Assembly (NCBI GenBank): GCA_041725915.1 | Contig: JBGRPZ010000007.1 | Span: 1,160 to 65,159, forward strand | From: Hyphomicrobiales bacterium | Lineage (GTDB): Bacteria > Bacteroidota > Bacteroidia > Bacteroidales > JBGRPZ01 | Direction of reading: 5' to 3' | Length of the DNA: 64,000 nt | Part shown: positions 52,529-62,167 of the stretch, piece after piece | Layout: each line of letters begins with the position of its first letter | Numbering within the stretch: position 1 is the stretch's first letter | The notes under the pieces: model-generated | Databases searched by the model: none | What the model saw: only the letters and a program-made list of their open reading frames with translations | Told to the model about the DNA's origin: nothing | Program-made: the position numbers and the translations under genes

Positions 52529-53209
52529 ATGCCTGTATATTTATTATCTGAAGAACCTTATTTCCCCAATCCATCAGAAGCAGAAGAAGATGGTTGTCTG
52601 GCTATTGGAGGAGACCTAAGTACAATAAGACTTATCAATGCATATTATAATGGCATCTTCCCTTGGTACAATGAAGGAGAAGATATTATGTGGTTCTCTC
52701 CTGATCCCAGACTAGTTATATACCCCAATGAGTTTAAAGCATCAAAGAGCCTGAGAAAGATTATCACCAAAAACACATTCGATGTAAAAATCAATTCAGA
52801 TTTTGAACAAACAATTCAGAATTGTGCTTTTATATCTAGGCAAGATCAAGATGGTACTTGGATCAATAAAGATATGATCCAAGCATACATAAACTTACAT
52901 CATGAAGGCTGGGCTCATTCAATAGAAGTATACGAAAATTCAGAGCTTATAGGAGGTCTGTATGGAATACTATTAGGAAACGTCTTCTTTGGAGAATCCA
53001 TGTTTCATAAAAAAAGCAATGCTTCCAAAGTTGCCTTCTATCACCTGATAGAAAAATGTAAAGAATCAAATATCTCTCTGATTGATGCCCAACAGGATAC
53101 TCCACACATGAGAAGTCTTGGAGGAAAATTGATAGAAAGAAGGCGATTTATTGATACAATTCATACATTAATTACTCCAGAGAACCTGCAAAACAACTTT
53201 CGCTTTTGA
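52529..53209 (+). CDS. aat: leucyl/phenylalanyl-tRNA--protein transferase
   Basis: AIGGDL, GIFPW, SPDPR, GTWI, GGLYG, FFGESMF, ASKVA. Confidence 0.96.
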   Translation: MPVYLLSEEPYFPNPSEAEEDGCLAIGGDLSTIRLINAYYNGIFPWYNEGEDIMWFSPDPRLVIYPNEFKASKSLRKIITKNTFDVKINSDFEQTIQNCAFISRQDQDGTWINKDMIQAYINLHHEGWAHSIEVYENSELIGGLYGILLGNVFFGESMFHKKSNASKVAFYHLIEKCKESNISLIDAQQDTPHMRSLGGKLIERRRFIDTIHTLITPENLQNNFRF

Positions 53210-53341
53210 ATTATTTTTGGCTCAATTAAGGGCGTTAATTAATTATCATTTTATGTAATAATTATGTAAATTTGCCATCTTTTGAAAACAAAGCACGTTA
53301 ATTTATTATCAATATATTAGGACATTTAATTATAATATAAC

Positions 53342-53713
53342 ATGAGTCTTGAAATAACAGGCAGAATATTCCAAAAACTTGATGAAGTTTCTGGAGAAGG
53401 AAGAAACGGAACATGGAAAAAACAAGAGTTTATCCTTGAGACTGAAGACCAATATCCTAAAAAAGTATGTATAGGTACTTGGGGAGATAAAGTTGATATT
53501 GTTAAAAGCCTTAGCCTTGGAGAAAAGGTAACAGCTTCTATCAATGTTGAATCAAGAGAATACAATGGTAGGTGGTATACTGATGTTAGAGCTTGGAGAA
53601 TAGAAAAAGTAGCAGAACAAGCTACTGCTGAAAACGCTCCAACACCTAATGAAGGTGATTTTAATACTAGTCCTGCATCTGCAACCAGCGAAGAGGACGA
53701 TCTACCATTCTAA
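53342..53713 (+). CDS. DUF3127 family OB-fold protein with SSB-like acidic tail
   Basis: WKKQEFILET.DQYPK, SREYNGRWYTD..AW, C-terminal DDLPF. Confidence 0.85.
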   Translation: MSLEITGRIFQKLDEVSGEGRNGTWKKQEFILETEDQYPKKVCIGTWGDKVDIVKSLSLGEKVTASINVESREYNGRWYTDVRAWRIEKVAEQATAENAPTPNEGDFNTSPASATSEEDDLPF

Positions 53714-53715
53714 CT

Positions 53716-53752
53716 AAAAAGGCCGAAGTACTCTTGCTTACTTCGGCTTTTT
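53716..53752 (+). terminator. intrinsic terminator
   Basis: aaaaaggccgaagta...tacttcggcttttt. Confidence 0.8.
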
Positions 53753-53795
53753 GTTTCCTTAACTATTTCACACTAACAATTTAATACTACTACCA

Positions 53796-54113
53796 ATGAA
53801 CATCATCAAAGCAGACGAACTATACCAATGGAAAGAAGAAGGGAAAGATTTCCAACTTATTGATGTTAGAGAATCAAATGAATGGGATAATGGATATATA
53901 GAAGGAGCTATTCATATTCCTATGAGATCTGTTGCAAAAAACTTATCACAGCTATCAACAGAAAAACCTGTAGTACTATACTGCCAAGGGGGAATACGCA
54001 GTATGCAAACTATTATCTATCTACAAACATTCAAGAAGGTTAAAGGGCTATATAATTTACAAGGGGGTATAAATGCCTGGACAAATTTAATGAGATCAAA
54101 GATGTCCAGATAA
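53796..54113 (+). CDS. rhodanese-like domain protein
   Basis: LIDVRE, IEGAIHIP, YCQGGIRS, LQGGINAW. Confidence 0.92.
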   Translation: MNIIKADELYQWKEEGKDFQLIDVRESNEWDNGYIEGAIHIPMRSVAKNLSQLSTEKPVVLYCQGGIRSMQTIIYLQTFKKVKGLYNLQGGINAWTNLMRSKMSR

Positions 54114-54121
54114 TAATAACT

Positions 54122-54898
54122 TTAACCAAAAGATCCACAGACAGCACCGCCATCATGTGAGATGGTTTGTCCTGTCACAAATCGGGAAAGTGGTGAGAGT
54201 AGCCATAAAGCTAATACTGCTATTTCTTCTGCTTTCCCCAGATCCTTGACTGGAATTACAGACTTGAAACTTTCCTTAGCTTCTTCAACACTTATATTTT
54301 CTGTTTCACTCTTTTTCTTGTACAGTCTTTGCATTGCAGGTGTATCATGCATACCCGGAGCCATTACATTCAGTGTTATTCCTTCTGATGCAACTTCATA
54401 TGACAACGTCTTTACAAAACCAACAACTGCCATTCTCAAGGAGTTGCTCAATACCAAGTGTGATATAGGCTCTTTTACTGACATACTTTCAATATAAGTA
54501 ATGCGACCATATTTCTGTGGTCTCATCTTGGATAGTAAAAGCTGAGTGAAATTCACTTTCCATCTAAGGACATTCTGGTAGGCTTCATCCCATTGAGACA
54601 TATTCACCTCAAGGAAAGCTCCTGCAGGAGGGCCACCAGCATTTATCAATGCTCCATCAAGATGGCGGCTTCCCACTAAAGACATTACATCATTCTGTGT
54701 TTTATCCTGAGTTATATCACCACAAACAACCTCAACCTGAGTTTTATATTTATCAATTAGCTCTTGAAGTTTTTCTGATCGACGACCAATTGCAATAACT
54801 TTAGCTCCTTCATCAAGTAAGAGCTCAGCTATGGCTCTACCAAATCCACTAGTAGCACCAGAGACTATAATCAGTTTTTCTTTTATTTGATAATCCAT
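54122..54898 (-). CDS. SDR family oxidoreductase
   Basis: SGATSGFG, NAGGPP, LSNSLR, TGQTISHDGG. Confidence 0.9.
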   Translation of the reverse strand: MDYQIKEKLIIVSGATSGFGRAIAELLLDEGAKVIAIGRRSEKLQELIDKYKTQVEVVCGDITQDKTQNDVMSLVGSRHLDGALINAGGPPAGAFLEVNMSQWDEAYQNVLRWKVNFTQLLLSKMRPQKYGRITYIESMSVKEPISHLVLSNSLRMAVVGFVKTLSYEVASEGITLNVMAPGMHDTPAMQRLYKKKSETENISVEEAKESFKSVIPVKDLGKAEEIAVLALWLLSPLSRFVTGQTISHDGGAVCGSFG

Positions 54899-55076
54899 AT
54901 TATTACATATTTATGTTGAAATAACAATCTAAATGTACATATGTTCCACAAATAGCGTTAAGCTACTCCCAATCATTATCAACTCAACACTTATGTTTTA
55001 TAATCCATTGATGACATTCTATAAGATCATATTTTCTTTAGGTCGGTTCTACAAAAAGAACAAACTGCATATAAAG

Positions 55077-55109
55077 AAGGGATCATCTGAAGATATCAGA
55101 CAATCCCTT
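55077..55109 (-). terminator. hairpin/terminator downstream of the peptide gene
   Basis: aagggat..tctga....tcaga..atccctt. Confidence 0.55.
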
Positions 55110-55202
55110 TCTCTTATTTTCATTAAATGTAAGAATATGTACTATTAAAAGATACCAAAAGATAATACTGCTTTTAGTTTCTCTTTTGTTTCAAATAATC
55201 AT

Positions 55203-55400
55203 TTAGCAACATTGTGATTTTACTGAACAACAATCAGACATGTCTGATTGGGGTTGAGGACAATGAAGACAATTTGTAAGTCGAGAACAAACATCAGTAT
55301 AAAGTGCAGAAGATATTATACTTGTTCCTCCAACTAAATCTTGTTGTTCATTGTTAGAAAGAATAGAAATTGTTTGTTTGTTAAACTTTAAATTTTTCAT
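55203..55400 (-). CDS. RiPP precursor (Bacteroidetes class I lanthipeptide-like leader, double-glycine site)
   Basis: Leader MKNLKFNKQTISILSNNEQQDLVGG; 40-aa core with 7 Cys and 11 Ser/Thr. Confidence 0.75.
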   Translation of the reverse strand: MKNLKFNKQTISILSNNEQQDLVGGTSIISSALYTDVCSRLTNCLHCPQPQSDMSDCCSVKSQCC

Positions 55401-55542
55401 AATAAGTTTCTATTTAATCATTGAAGAAAATTATTTAAGGCCAAATATGAAGACTTATAGTGCAAATAAAATTCAGTGAAACTTATATGAGAAAAATAAA
55501 TTTATGTGATTATATACATTTTAGCACGTAAATACATCTCTT

Positions 55543-55833
55543 TTATTGAATCACTATTTTCTCTATCAACTCCTCTCCTGCCATTCTATTCAGCTCATCT
55601 TTTATTTTATCTGCAGCATATGCCAATTCATTACGAATAACAGAAGATTCAACTTTAACAAAAAGAACACTTTTCTCCATATGAATATCACGAGTATTAT
55701 TACTTATCATCTTACCGACAACATCTTCCCATGATTGTTCTATATTAATTTCTTTCAGTTTATTATCAAGGCGATAATCTTTCAGAAGTTCCTTAATTAC
55801 ATCACCAAGACTAGATTCATTAGTGTTTCGCAT
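55543..55833 (-). CDS. DUF721/DciA family protein
   Basis: WEDVVG, LFVKVESSVIRNEL; directly downstream of recF. Confidence 0.88.
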   Translation of the reverse strand: MRNTNESSLGDVIKELLKDYRLDNKLKEINIEQSWEDVVGKMISNNTRDIHMEKSVLFVKVESSVIRNELAYAADKIKDELNRMAGEELIEKIVIQ

Positions 55834-55837
55834 GATA

Positions 55838-56944
55838 TTATATTTTGCTAACTATTCCTGTTTCTACTTTCATTAATTGATGTTCAAGATGGGTAGATTC
55901 TAAAACCTTCTTTATTCTATCAATACTTGTATCGGTTATAAAAACCTGACCGAACTCATTATCACCAATAAGGTGGATTATCTTTTCTACTCGTTCCTCA
56001 TCCAGCTTATCAAAGATATCATCAAGGAGAAGAATAGGATAAAATCCTTTTTCACGTTTAATAAACTCTAATTGCGCAAGCTTTATAGCAATAACAAAAG
56101 ATTTTTGCTGGCCTTGAGAGCCAAACTTCTTGATAGGATAACCACTTATCTTAAACGTCAAATCATCTTTGTGAATTCCTCGGGAAGTGTATTTTAGTGC
56201 TTTATCCCTCTCAACATTCAGTTTCAATACTTCATGAAGATCAGTTTCATGGAGATCTGATTTATATTCAATGCTTACTTTCTCATGGCTACCAGCAATA
56301 TGAGAATAATAATGTTGAAACAAATCCAGAAACTCTGTAACAAACTCCTTACGATATTTATGTATCTTTCCTCCAATATCAGATAAAGATTGATCCCAGA
56401 TTTGCAATGCTTCAAGATCAAAGTAATGAGATTCAGCAAAAGACTTCAACAGAGAGTTTCTTTGCATCAATGCTTTATTATAGTCAAGTAGCAGATTCAG
56501 ATACGTTTTATTGAACTGGCTTATTACTCCATCGATAAACTTACGTCTAACATCAGACCCTTCGTTTATCAGATCTCTATCATAAGGACTTATAAGTACC
56601 AGAGGAATTAAGCCTATATGTTCAGAAAGCTTTTTATATTCCTTTTGGTTGTATTTAAATATCTTCTTTTGTCCTTTCTTGAAGATACAACTTACCTGCT
56701 GCCCTGTTTCTGTGTCATTATCAAAGTCTGCATGTATAGCAAAGAAATCTTTTCCATGTTGCACATTCTGCGAATCCTGAGGATTAAAATAGCTTTTACA
56801 GAATGAAAGGTAATAGATAGCATCAAGGATATTAGTCTTTCCTGTTGCATTCTTCCCAATAAAACAATTGATTCCTGAGCATAGATCCACTTCAGTGAAC
56901 TCATAGCTTTTAAAATCCGTAAGAGAAAGTTTTTTCAGATACAT
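55838..56944 (-). CDS. recF: DNA replication/repair protein RecF
   Basis: GKNATGKTN, RRKFID, GIHKDD, GSQGQQK, LLLDD. Confidence 0.96.
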   Translation of the reverse strand: MYLKKLSLTDFKSYEFTEVDLCSGINCFIGKNATGKTNILDAIYYLSFCKSYFNPQDSQNVQHGKDFFAIHADFDNDTETGQQVSCIFKKGQKKIFKYNQKEYKKLSEHIGLIPLVLISPYDRDLINEGSDVRRKFIDGVISQFNKTYLNLLLDYNKALMQRNSLLKSFAESHYFDLEALQIWDQSLSDIGGKIHKYRKEFVTEFLDLFQHYYSHIAGSHEKVSIEYKSDLHETDLHEVLKLNVERDKALKYTSRGIHKDDLTFKISGYPIKKFGSQGQQKSFVIAIKLAQLEFIKREKGFYPILLLDDIFDKLDEERVEKIIHLIGDNEFGQVFITDTSIDRIKKVLESTHLEHQLMKVETGIVSKI

Positions 56945-56949
56945 ATAAA

Positions 56950-57813
56950 CTATTTGGAAAGTTCTTCTATGCGTTTAATTACATTTTCCATCAACCATGA
57001 GGGGGTAGAAGTAGCTCCAGAAACACCTACTCTATTTGCTTCTGTAAACCACTGTGGATTCAGTTCATTGACAGAACTGATATGATAAGATTTAGGGTTA
57101 CTCTCTTTACACTCTGCAAACAAGGCTTTACCATTACTACTATTCTTTCCAGCAACAAATATCACACAATCACACTCCAATGCAAACTTCTTCAACTGAG
57201 GTACTCTATTCGAAACGCTTCTACAGATTGTATTTTTTGCAGTGACATTATTCTCACCAACTTTGTTTTTGATATTATCAATTAGCTTTTGATAATTATG
57301 TATGTCTTTTGTAGTTTGAGAGAAAATATTTACATGTTTTGACGCGTCGATATCATGTATTTTTTGAGGATCTTCAATAATTATAGCTTCATTATCAGTT
57401 TGTCCTTTAAGTCCAACTACTTCAGCATGATCTGTTTTTCCATAAATAACAATGGTATTATCAGAATCTGTCTTTTCACCTTCCCATACCTTCTTGATAT
57501 CTTTCTGTAATTTGAGTACTATAGGACAAGTAGCGTCAATAATCTCAATATTTCTTTCTTTTGCTAACTTATAAGTAGATGGAGGTTCACCATGAGCACG
57601 AATCAACACAGTACAATCTGAAATATGGTTTAAATCTTCATGATTTATTACTACTAAACCTTTTTTCTCTAGTCTTTGTACTTCTTCATGATTATGTACT
57701 ATTTCACCCAAACAATACAATTTCTTACCTGTAGAAAGATATTTCTCAACAGCTTTTATTGCATTATTAACTCCAAAACAAAAACCTGAAGCTCTATCTA
57801 AAACAATTTCCAT
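56950..57813 (-). CDS. ispH: 4-hydroxy-3-methylbut-2-enyl diphosphate reductase
   Basis: GFCFGV, IVHN, RAHG, DATCP, QTT, TIC, SSN, ATSTP; ATG 57813 preferred. Confidence 0.96.
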   Translation of the reverse strand: MEIVLDRASGFCFGVNNAIKAVEKYLSTGKKLYCLGEIVHNHEEVQRLEKKGLVVINHEDLNHISDCTVLIRAHGEPPSTYKLAKERNIEIIDATCPIVLKLQKDIKKVWEGEKTDSDNTIVIYGKTDHAEVVGLKGQTDNEAIIIEDPQKIHDIDASKHVNIFSQTTKDIHNYQKLIDNIKNKVGENNVTAKNTICRSVSNRVPQLKKFALECDCVIFVAGKNSSNGKALFAECKESNPKSYHISSVNELNPQWFTEANRVGVSGATSTPSWLMENVIKRIEELSK

Positions 57814-58041
57814 ATTATTAATATCCTCATTTGTTGCAAATTTACTCAAAAGAGCTATTCTGTTCACAAATAATGTTGAAAGTTTATCATATAACTAAAT
57901 AGAGATCGCTTTAATATGAAGTTACATAAAAACTTCAAACTTTATTTAAATAAAAAGAAGAGACCTAAGCCTCTTCTTTTCTTCAATAATCATGTAAAGC
58001 TATTTACAGATTATCATTATATCTTATAATAGTTTTATTCT

Positions 58042-59100
58042 TTATTTGAAATTCCCAAGATTTGTAGATATAGTAAAGTAGTTAGGAGAGCCATATAAAT
58101 GGTAAGCTGATCTTGAGTAGCTGATATTAAATCTATTTAACCTAAGACCTAGACCCCATGAGAAGCCAACAGTTCCAGATCTTTCTTTTATACTCAATTC
58201 ATTACTTCTTTTGAAGTTATAGCTCATTCTCACATATAATCTCTTTGCTATAGCTAGCTCACCCCCTATAATAATATGTCTAACTGCGTTCTTGAAGAAT
58301 TCCTCTGCTTCAGAGTCTGATTTCTTTTCACCAGTAAAAGCATCTATATTTTCAGCTTCTTCCTCAGGGTCATTATAAGTAAGATCCCATTTCTGAAGGT
58401 CGTCAAGATTAATGAATAATCTCACAGGAATATGTAAGAAGCCTTTAGAAACACCTAATTGAAGTTTAAATGGTAGTGATTCATATTCACCATCATGAAA
58501 AGGTTTTATTTGTGTACCTATATTTCTTCCTATAAGCGAGACTGCCCATTTAGATTCATCAGAATGAAAAGTAGCTGCTACATCTGCTGCTATACCATTA
58601 GACTTGTACGATTCATAAGAAGAGTAAAACCATTTAAGGTTAGCACCGATGGTAAAGTTATCTGTCAACTCCCTACCCCATCCTAAGGTAAAGGCAAAAT
58701 CATTTGCATTAAACTCTCCTGCTTTTGTTCCACTCTCATCAGCATAAGTAAATTTACCATAATTAAAATACTGTATACTTCCTACAAAAGTACCTACCTT
58801 TTCAAAGGATCTTCCATATTGAGCAACTCCAAAGTTTATTCCATCAAAGAAATTCACATAATTCAAGCCGATAGAATTATTTACTTCAGAAGAAATTAAG
58901 GATGGGTTATAAGTTGTTAATGTAATGTCGTTATCATAAACAGAAAGAAAGTCACTTCCCAAAGCTGCAGACCTTGCATTATATGTTGTGTTTAAGAACT
59001 GATAAGCCCCCATTCCTCCATTTTGACACAATGCTGTATTTGTATTCAAAACACCAAATAAAGCTATAATTATTGTCAGTAAGCAGTATTGTTTCTTCAC
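58042..59100 (-). CDS. porQ: type IX secretion system outer-membrane protein PorQ
   Basis: AYQFLN...ARSAALG, YNPSL, beta-barrel pattern, GFSWGLG; upstream of ispH. Confidence 0.8.
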   Translation of the reverse strand: MKKQYCLLTIIIALFGVLNTNTALCQNGGMGAYQFLNTTYNARSAALGSDFLSVYDNDITLTTYNPSLISSEVNNSIGLNYVNFFDGINFGVAQYGRSFEKVGTFVGSIQYFNYGKFTYADESGTKAGEFNANDFAFTLGWGRELTDNFTIGANLKWFYSSYESYKSNGIAADVAATFHSDESKWAVSLIGRNIGTQIKPFHDGEYESLPFKLQLGVSKGFLHIPVRLFINLDDLQKWDLTYNDPEEEAENIDAFTGEKKSDSEAEEFFKNAVRHIIIGGELAIAKRLYVRMSYNFKRSNELSIKERSGTVGFSWGLGLRLNRFNISYSRSAYHLYGSPNYFTISTNLGNFK

Positions 59101-59182
59101 GGAATTAAATTTTAATTTAAAGTAATTGATTTAAAAAACGAGCACCCAAGAAATTAATTATTGACATTATATAAATTTAAAT

Positions 59183-59893
59183 CTAATTATCTAATTTTTG
59201 GATAAAAGCATTTTCTTTCAGACAGGATTGTATTTTAGGATTTCCCCTATAATATAGGTAGCTATTTCCTGCCAACTCAATATTCATTCGTTTAGTGGAG
59301 TCCAGAAAGTATTGCCCTGAACCCTTACTATCAATATCAATAAAATGAGATCTCAAGCCAACAGTTTTTATCAAGCTATTCCCTTTAGAATTTAGATCGA
59401 CTTCATCGGCTTTTCCTTGCAAGACAATAGTTCCCTCTCCTTTCTCTGAGATTAATACTTTCTCTGTATTAAGATTTAGCTTCATATACGCTCCGCCACT
59501 CATCTTAATTTTAAATTCTTTTGTTTGTGGGAATCCCGAATCCATATTAATTGATGCCTGCCCATATGCATATAGTTTCTTAAGTTGGTTTGCATAAATA
59601 TTTATTTTGACTGTAGCATCACACAAATATCTATCTGAGACAATATTCAATAAGCCATCATTAAAACTAAATACTAAATGCTTTAACACCTTTTCACTTG
59701 TTGTCACCTCAAAATAACTTGAATCAGACTTGATGATAGAAATATCAGCAGGAATAGACACCTGAAGGCCTGAAAAATCATTAAGATTCCTCATCTTGGT
59801 GATTTGCCCTCCTTGGTTTTCCACACAATCACATGAAGAAAAGAAAGTTGAAAGTGAGATTATGAATATAAATATCTTAGTAATTGATTTCAT
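59183..59893 (-). CDS. DUF2807 (GIN/head domain) lipoprotein
   Basis: Lipobox SSC; repeated xxGxG beta-helix units; YYRGNP. Confidence 0.8.
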   Translation of the reverse strand: MKSITKIFIFIISLSTFFSSCDCVENQGGQITKMRNLNDFSGLQVSIPADISIIKSDSSYFEVTTSEKVLKHLVFSFNDGLLNIVSDRYLCDATVKINIYANQLKKLYAYGQASINMDSGFPQTKEFKIKMSGGAYMKLNLNTEKVLISEKGEGTIVLQGKADEVDLNSKGNSLIKTVGLRSHFIDIDSKGSGQYFLDSTKRMNIELAGNSYLYYRGNPKIQSCLKENAFIQKLDN

Positions 59894-60164
59894 CCTTTTA
59901 GCTATTTATTGATATTACCAATATTCTCAGCATTTATACTGAAAAGGATCAAAACCATTACAAAACAAAAACTTAACCCTATTTAAATATACAAAAGACT
60001 TTTTTGAAGATATTCAGAACCAGCCTGAATAGCGCAAATTTAGCAAAATATTTCTATAATATGCAAATATGTAGATCTAAATTGCAATTTAAATTAAACT
60101 CATCACCTAAGTTTTCCTTACTCTATACTGATTAACAAATGTTCTATATCAAGAGGTATTTGCC

Positions 60165-61217
60165 TTATTGTTTTTCAATATTATGCTTAATGATAGTTCT
60201 CATTATTTCACGATTTGATTGATATTGATCAAACAATAGTATATTCACCTTTTTATGTTTTCTCTCTGCTGCTTTGACCAGCTCAGGAAACCATGTCTTA
60301 ATTGTACTATTTACTGAGCTAGAATCAGAAACTATCTGATAAATACTCTTAGGGCGATGTCTCAATGAATTGATAAGCACTTCCTCGGTTGGAGTCTGAA
60401 CAGCAAAAGAAATATATAGTTTATCCATAGCTCTATTGCCAATATCTCTCTTCATATCTGTTATTACTTCCTTAGCATTAAACTTATCTATATTCTCTTG
60501 CATCAACACTTTATCACTCTCATAATATAATTCAGTTTGACGTTCATTTTGTGCAGGATAAGAAGAGATAAAAATAACACTTCTCTTTCTTCCCCAAACA
60601 TCTCCCAAGGTCAATGTAATATCTTGTTCATCTACTCTTGCTATATGAGGAGAAAGGCGATCAATAAAGATTTGTAACAACTCATCATAAAGAGCTGGTT
60701 CAACATTCAATCTTCGTAAATTAATAATGATAATTTCTTTGGGGTGTCTCCTGATAAATGTAGAAATCTGATCTAAAACAGGTTGTATAGGATTCGAAAC
60801 AAAATTATGGAAAGACCAAATTGTATTCTTATAAGATTGTAAATGAAAATCAAAATATCTCACTCCATTTTCTAACTGCTCAATGATTGGCTGTGATTGA
60901 TTTTGAGAAAACATCAACAAGCCTTCTTTTCCTACTTTTTTTCTTATCGAATCAGACCAATTATCATAAGAATACTGAGATAAAGGCTTATCAAGCCTTA
61001 TCAAATCTGTAAGAGAATGATGAGTTCCTACAAGAGCAATATCAGTTAACTTTACCTCAGGTTTTTCTTTATATATCTCATACATCCAATCTGATGTCTT
61101 TATTTTTTTTCCATTTATATTTTCTACCTGAGTATTTTCACATGAAGAAATAACAAATAAACTAATTATCAGGAGATAAAATTTATATGACACTTTCATA
61201 AAGTAGAGGTTTTTCAT
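60165..61217 (-). CDS. PI-specific phospholipase C X-domain lipoprotein, divergent active site
   Basis: Lipobox ISSC; GTHHS, QLENGVRYFDFH, HPKEIII. Confidence 0.78.
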   Translation of the reverse strand: MKNLYFMKVSYKFYLLIISLFVISSCENTQVENINGKKIKTSDWMYEIYKEKPEVKLTDIALVGTHHSLTDLIRLDKPLSQYSYDNWSDSIRKKVGKEGLLMFSQNQSQPIIEQLENGVRYFDFHLQSYKNTIWSFHNFVSNPIQPVLDQISTFIRRHPKEIIIINLRRLNVEPALYDELLQIFIDRLSPHIARVDEQDITLTLGDVWGRKRSVIFISSYPAQNERQTELYYESDKVLMQENIDKFNAKEVITDMKRDIGNRAMDKLYISFAVQTPTEEVLINSLRHRPKSIYQIVSDSSSVNSTIKTWFPELVKAAERKHKKVNILLFDQYQSNREIMRTIIKHNIEKQ

Positions 61218-61702
61218 TTGATCAGTACATCTTTTATAGGTGAAGTAGCTTCAAACCACTTATAAAACAGAAAGGCTTATACTAAGTATGTTAAACCACA
61301 ATTCAAGCTTTTGAAATATTAGATACTTGAAGATAAGTAATTATTATTTTGAATAATATTTATTCTTGAAATACTGGTTTCTAAATATAAACAAAATTAC
61401 AATACATTTGGTTGAAAAAACTTATAGGTAATTAAGTATACCACCCCAAATCATTTCAAAATAAAAATACAATTTTATCTATAAAACCTTCTTACATTAA
61501 TACAAAAATCCTGACCAAAAGAATGTGTTCTATTCCCTTTTTTTGAAAATCCTTGCTATTACAGCATATACCACTAATAATCAATATAATATATATTTCA
61601 GACTTTTATGTTTCATCTAATCCTACACAAATTTAAGTCAAGTCTCAAAATCTAAATTAATATCTTCCAAAAGAAAGTTATAATCATATGATATATATAT
61701 CA

Positions 61703-61870
61703 CTACCTAGAAAATATAATTTTAGCTACCTAGAAATTTATATTCTTGCTACCTAGAAAATATAATTCTTGCTACCTAAAATAAAATTAGACTTACCTAA
61801 AAATTTATATTCTTGCTACCTAAAATAAAATTAGACTTATCTAAAAATTTATATTCTTGCTACCTAAAAT
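61703..61870. repeat. 21/23-bp tandem repeat array (8 unit starts)
   Basis: (C/T)TACCTA(G/A)AA cores at 61703, 61726, 61749, 61772, 61793, 61816, 61837, 61860; the 44-bp segment 61772-61815 is nearly duplicated. Confidence 0.92.
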
Positions 61871-61988
61871 TTCTCAATCCTCTATTCTCTTAAAAATCAT
61901 AAGTTTGATAACAATCAGCGATCAATCTTTTACAAAGAGATATTTTCCAGATTATTTTTAAACACCAAAACTTATTATTCATAATTCT

Positions 61989-62018
61989 ATTTAACATAAG
62001 ATTGGGCTTATATGTGAG
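61989..62018 (-). other. XerC/XerD (dif/cer)-like recombination site, 8-bp spacer
   Basis: Minus strand CTCACATATAA-GCCCAATC-TTATGTTAAAT; 28/30 identical to the 12653 site. Confidence 0.6.
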
Positions 62019-62167
62019 ATAAAAACAAACTTTGAAATAGAAAAGCTTATTTATTCGATTCTCAGAGCGTTTAACATTACCCCAAAAGCTTATAAATCAT
62101 CAATAAAGAAGATTCGAAAACTTTACAAGAAATTGAAAGAATTTCATTTATTTTTGATTCTTTTAAT

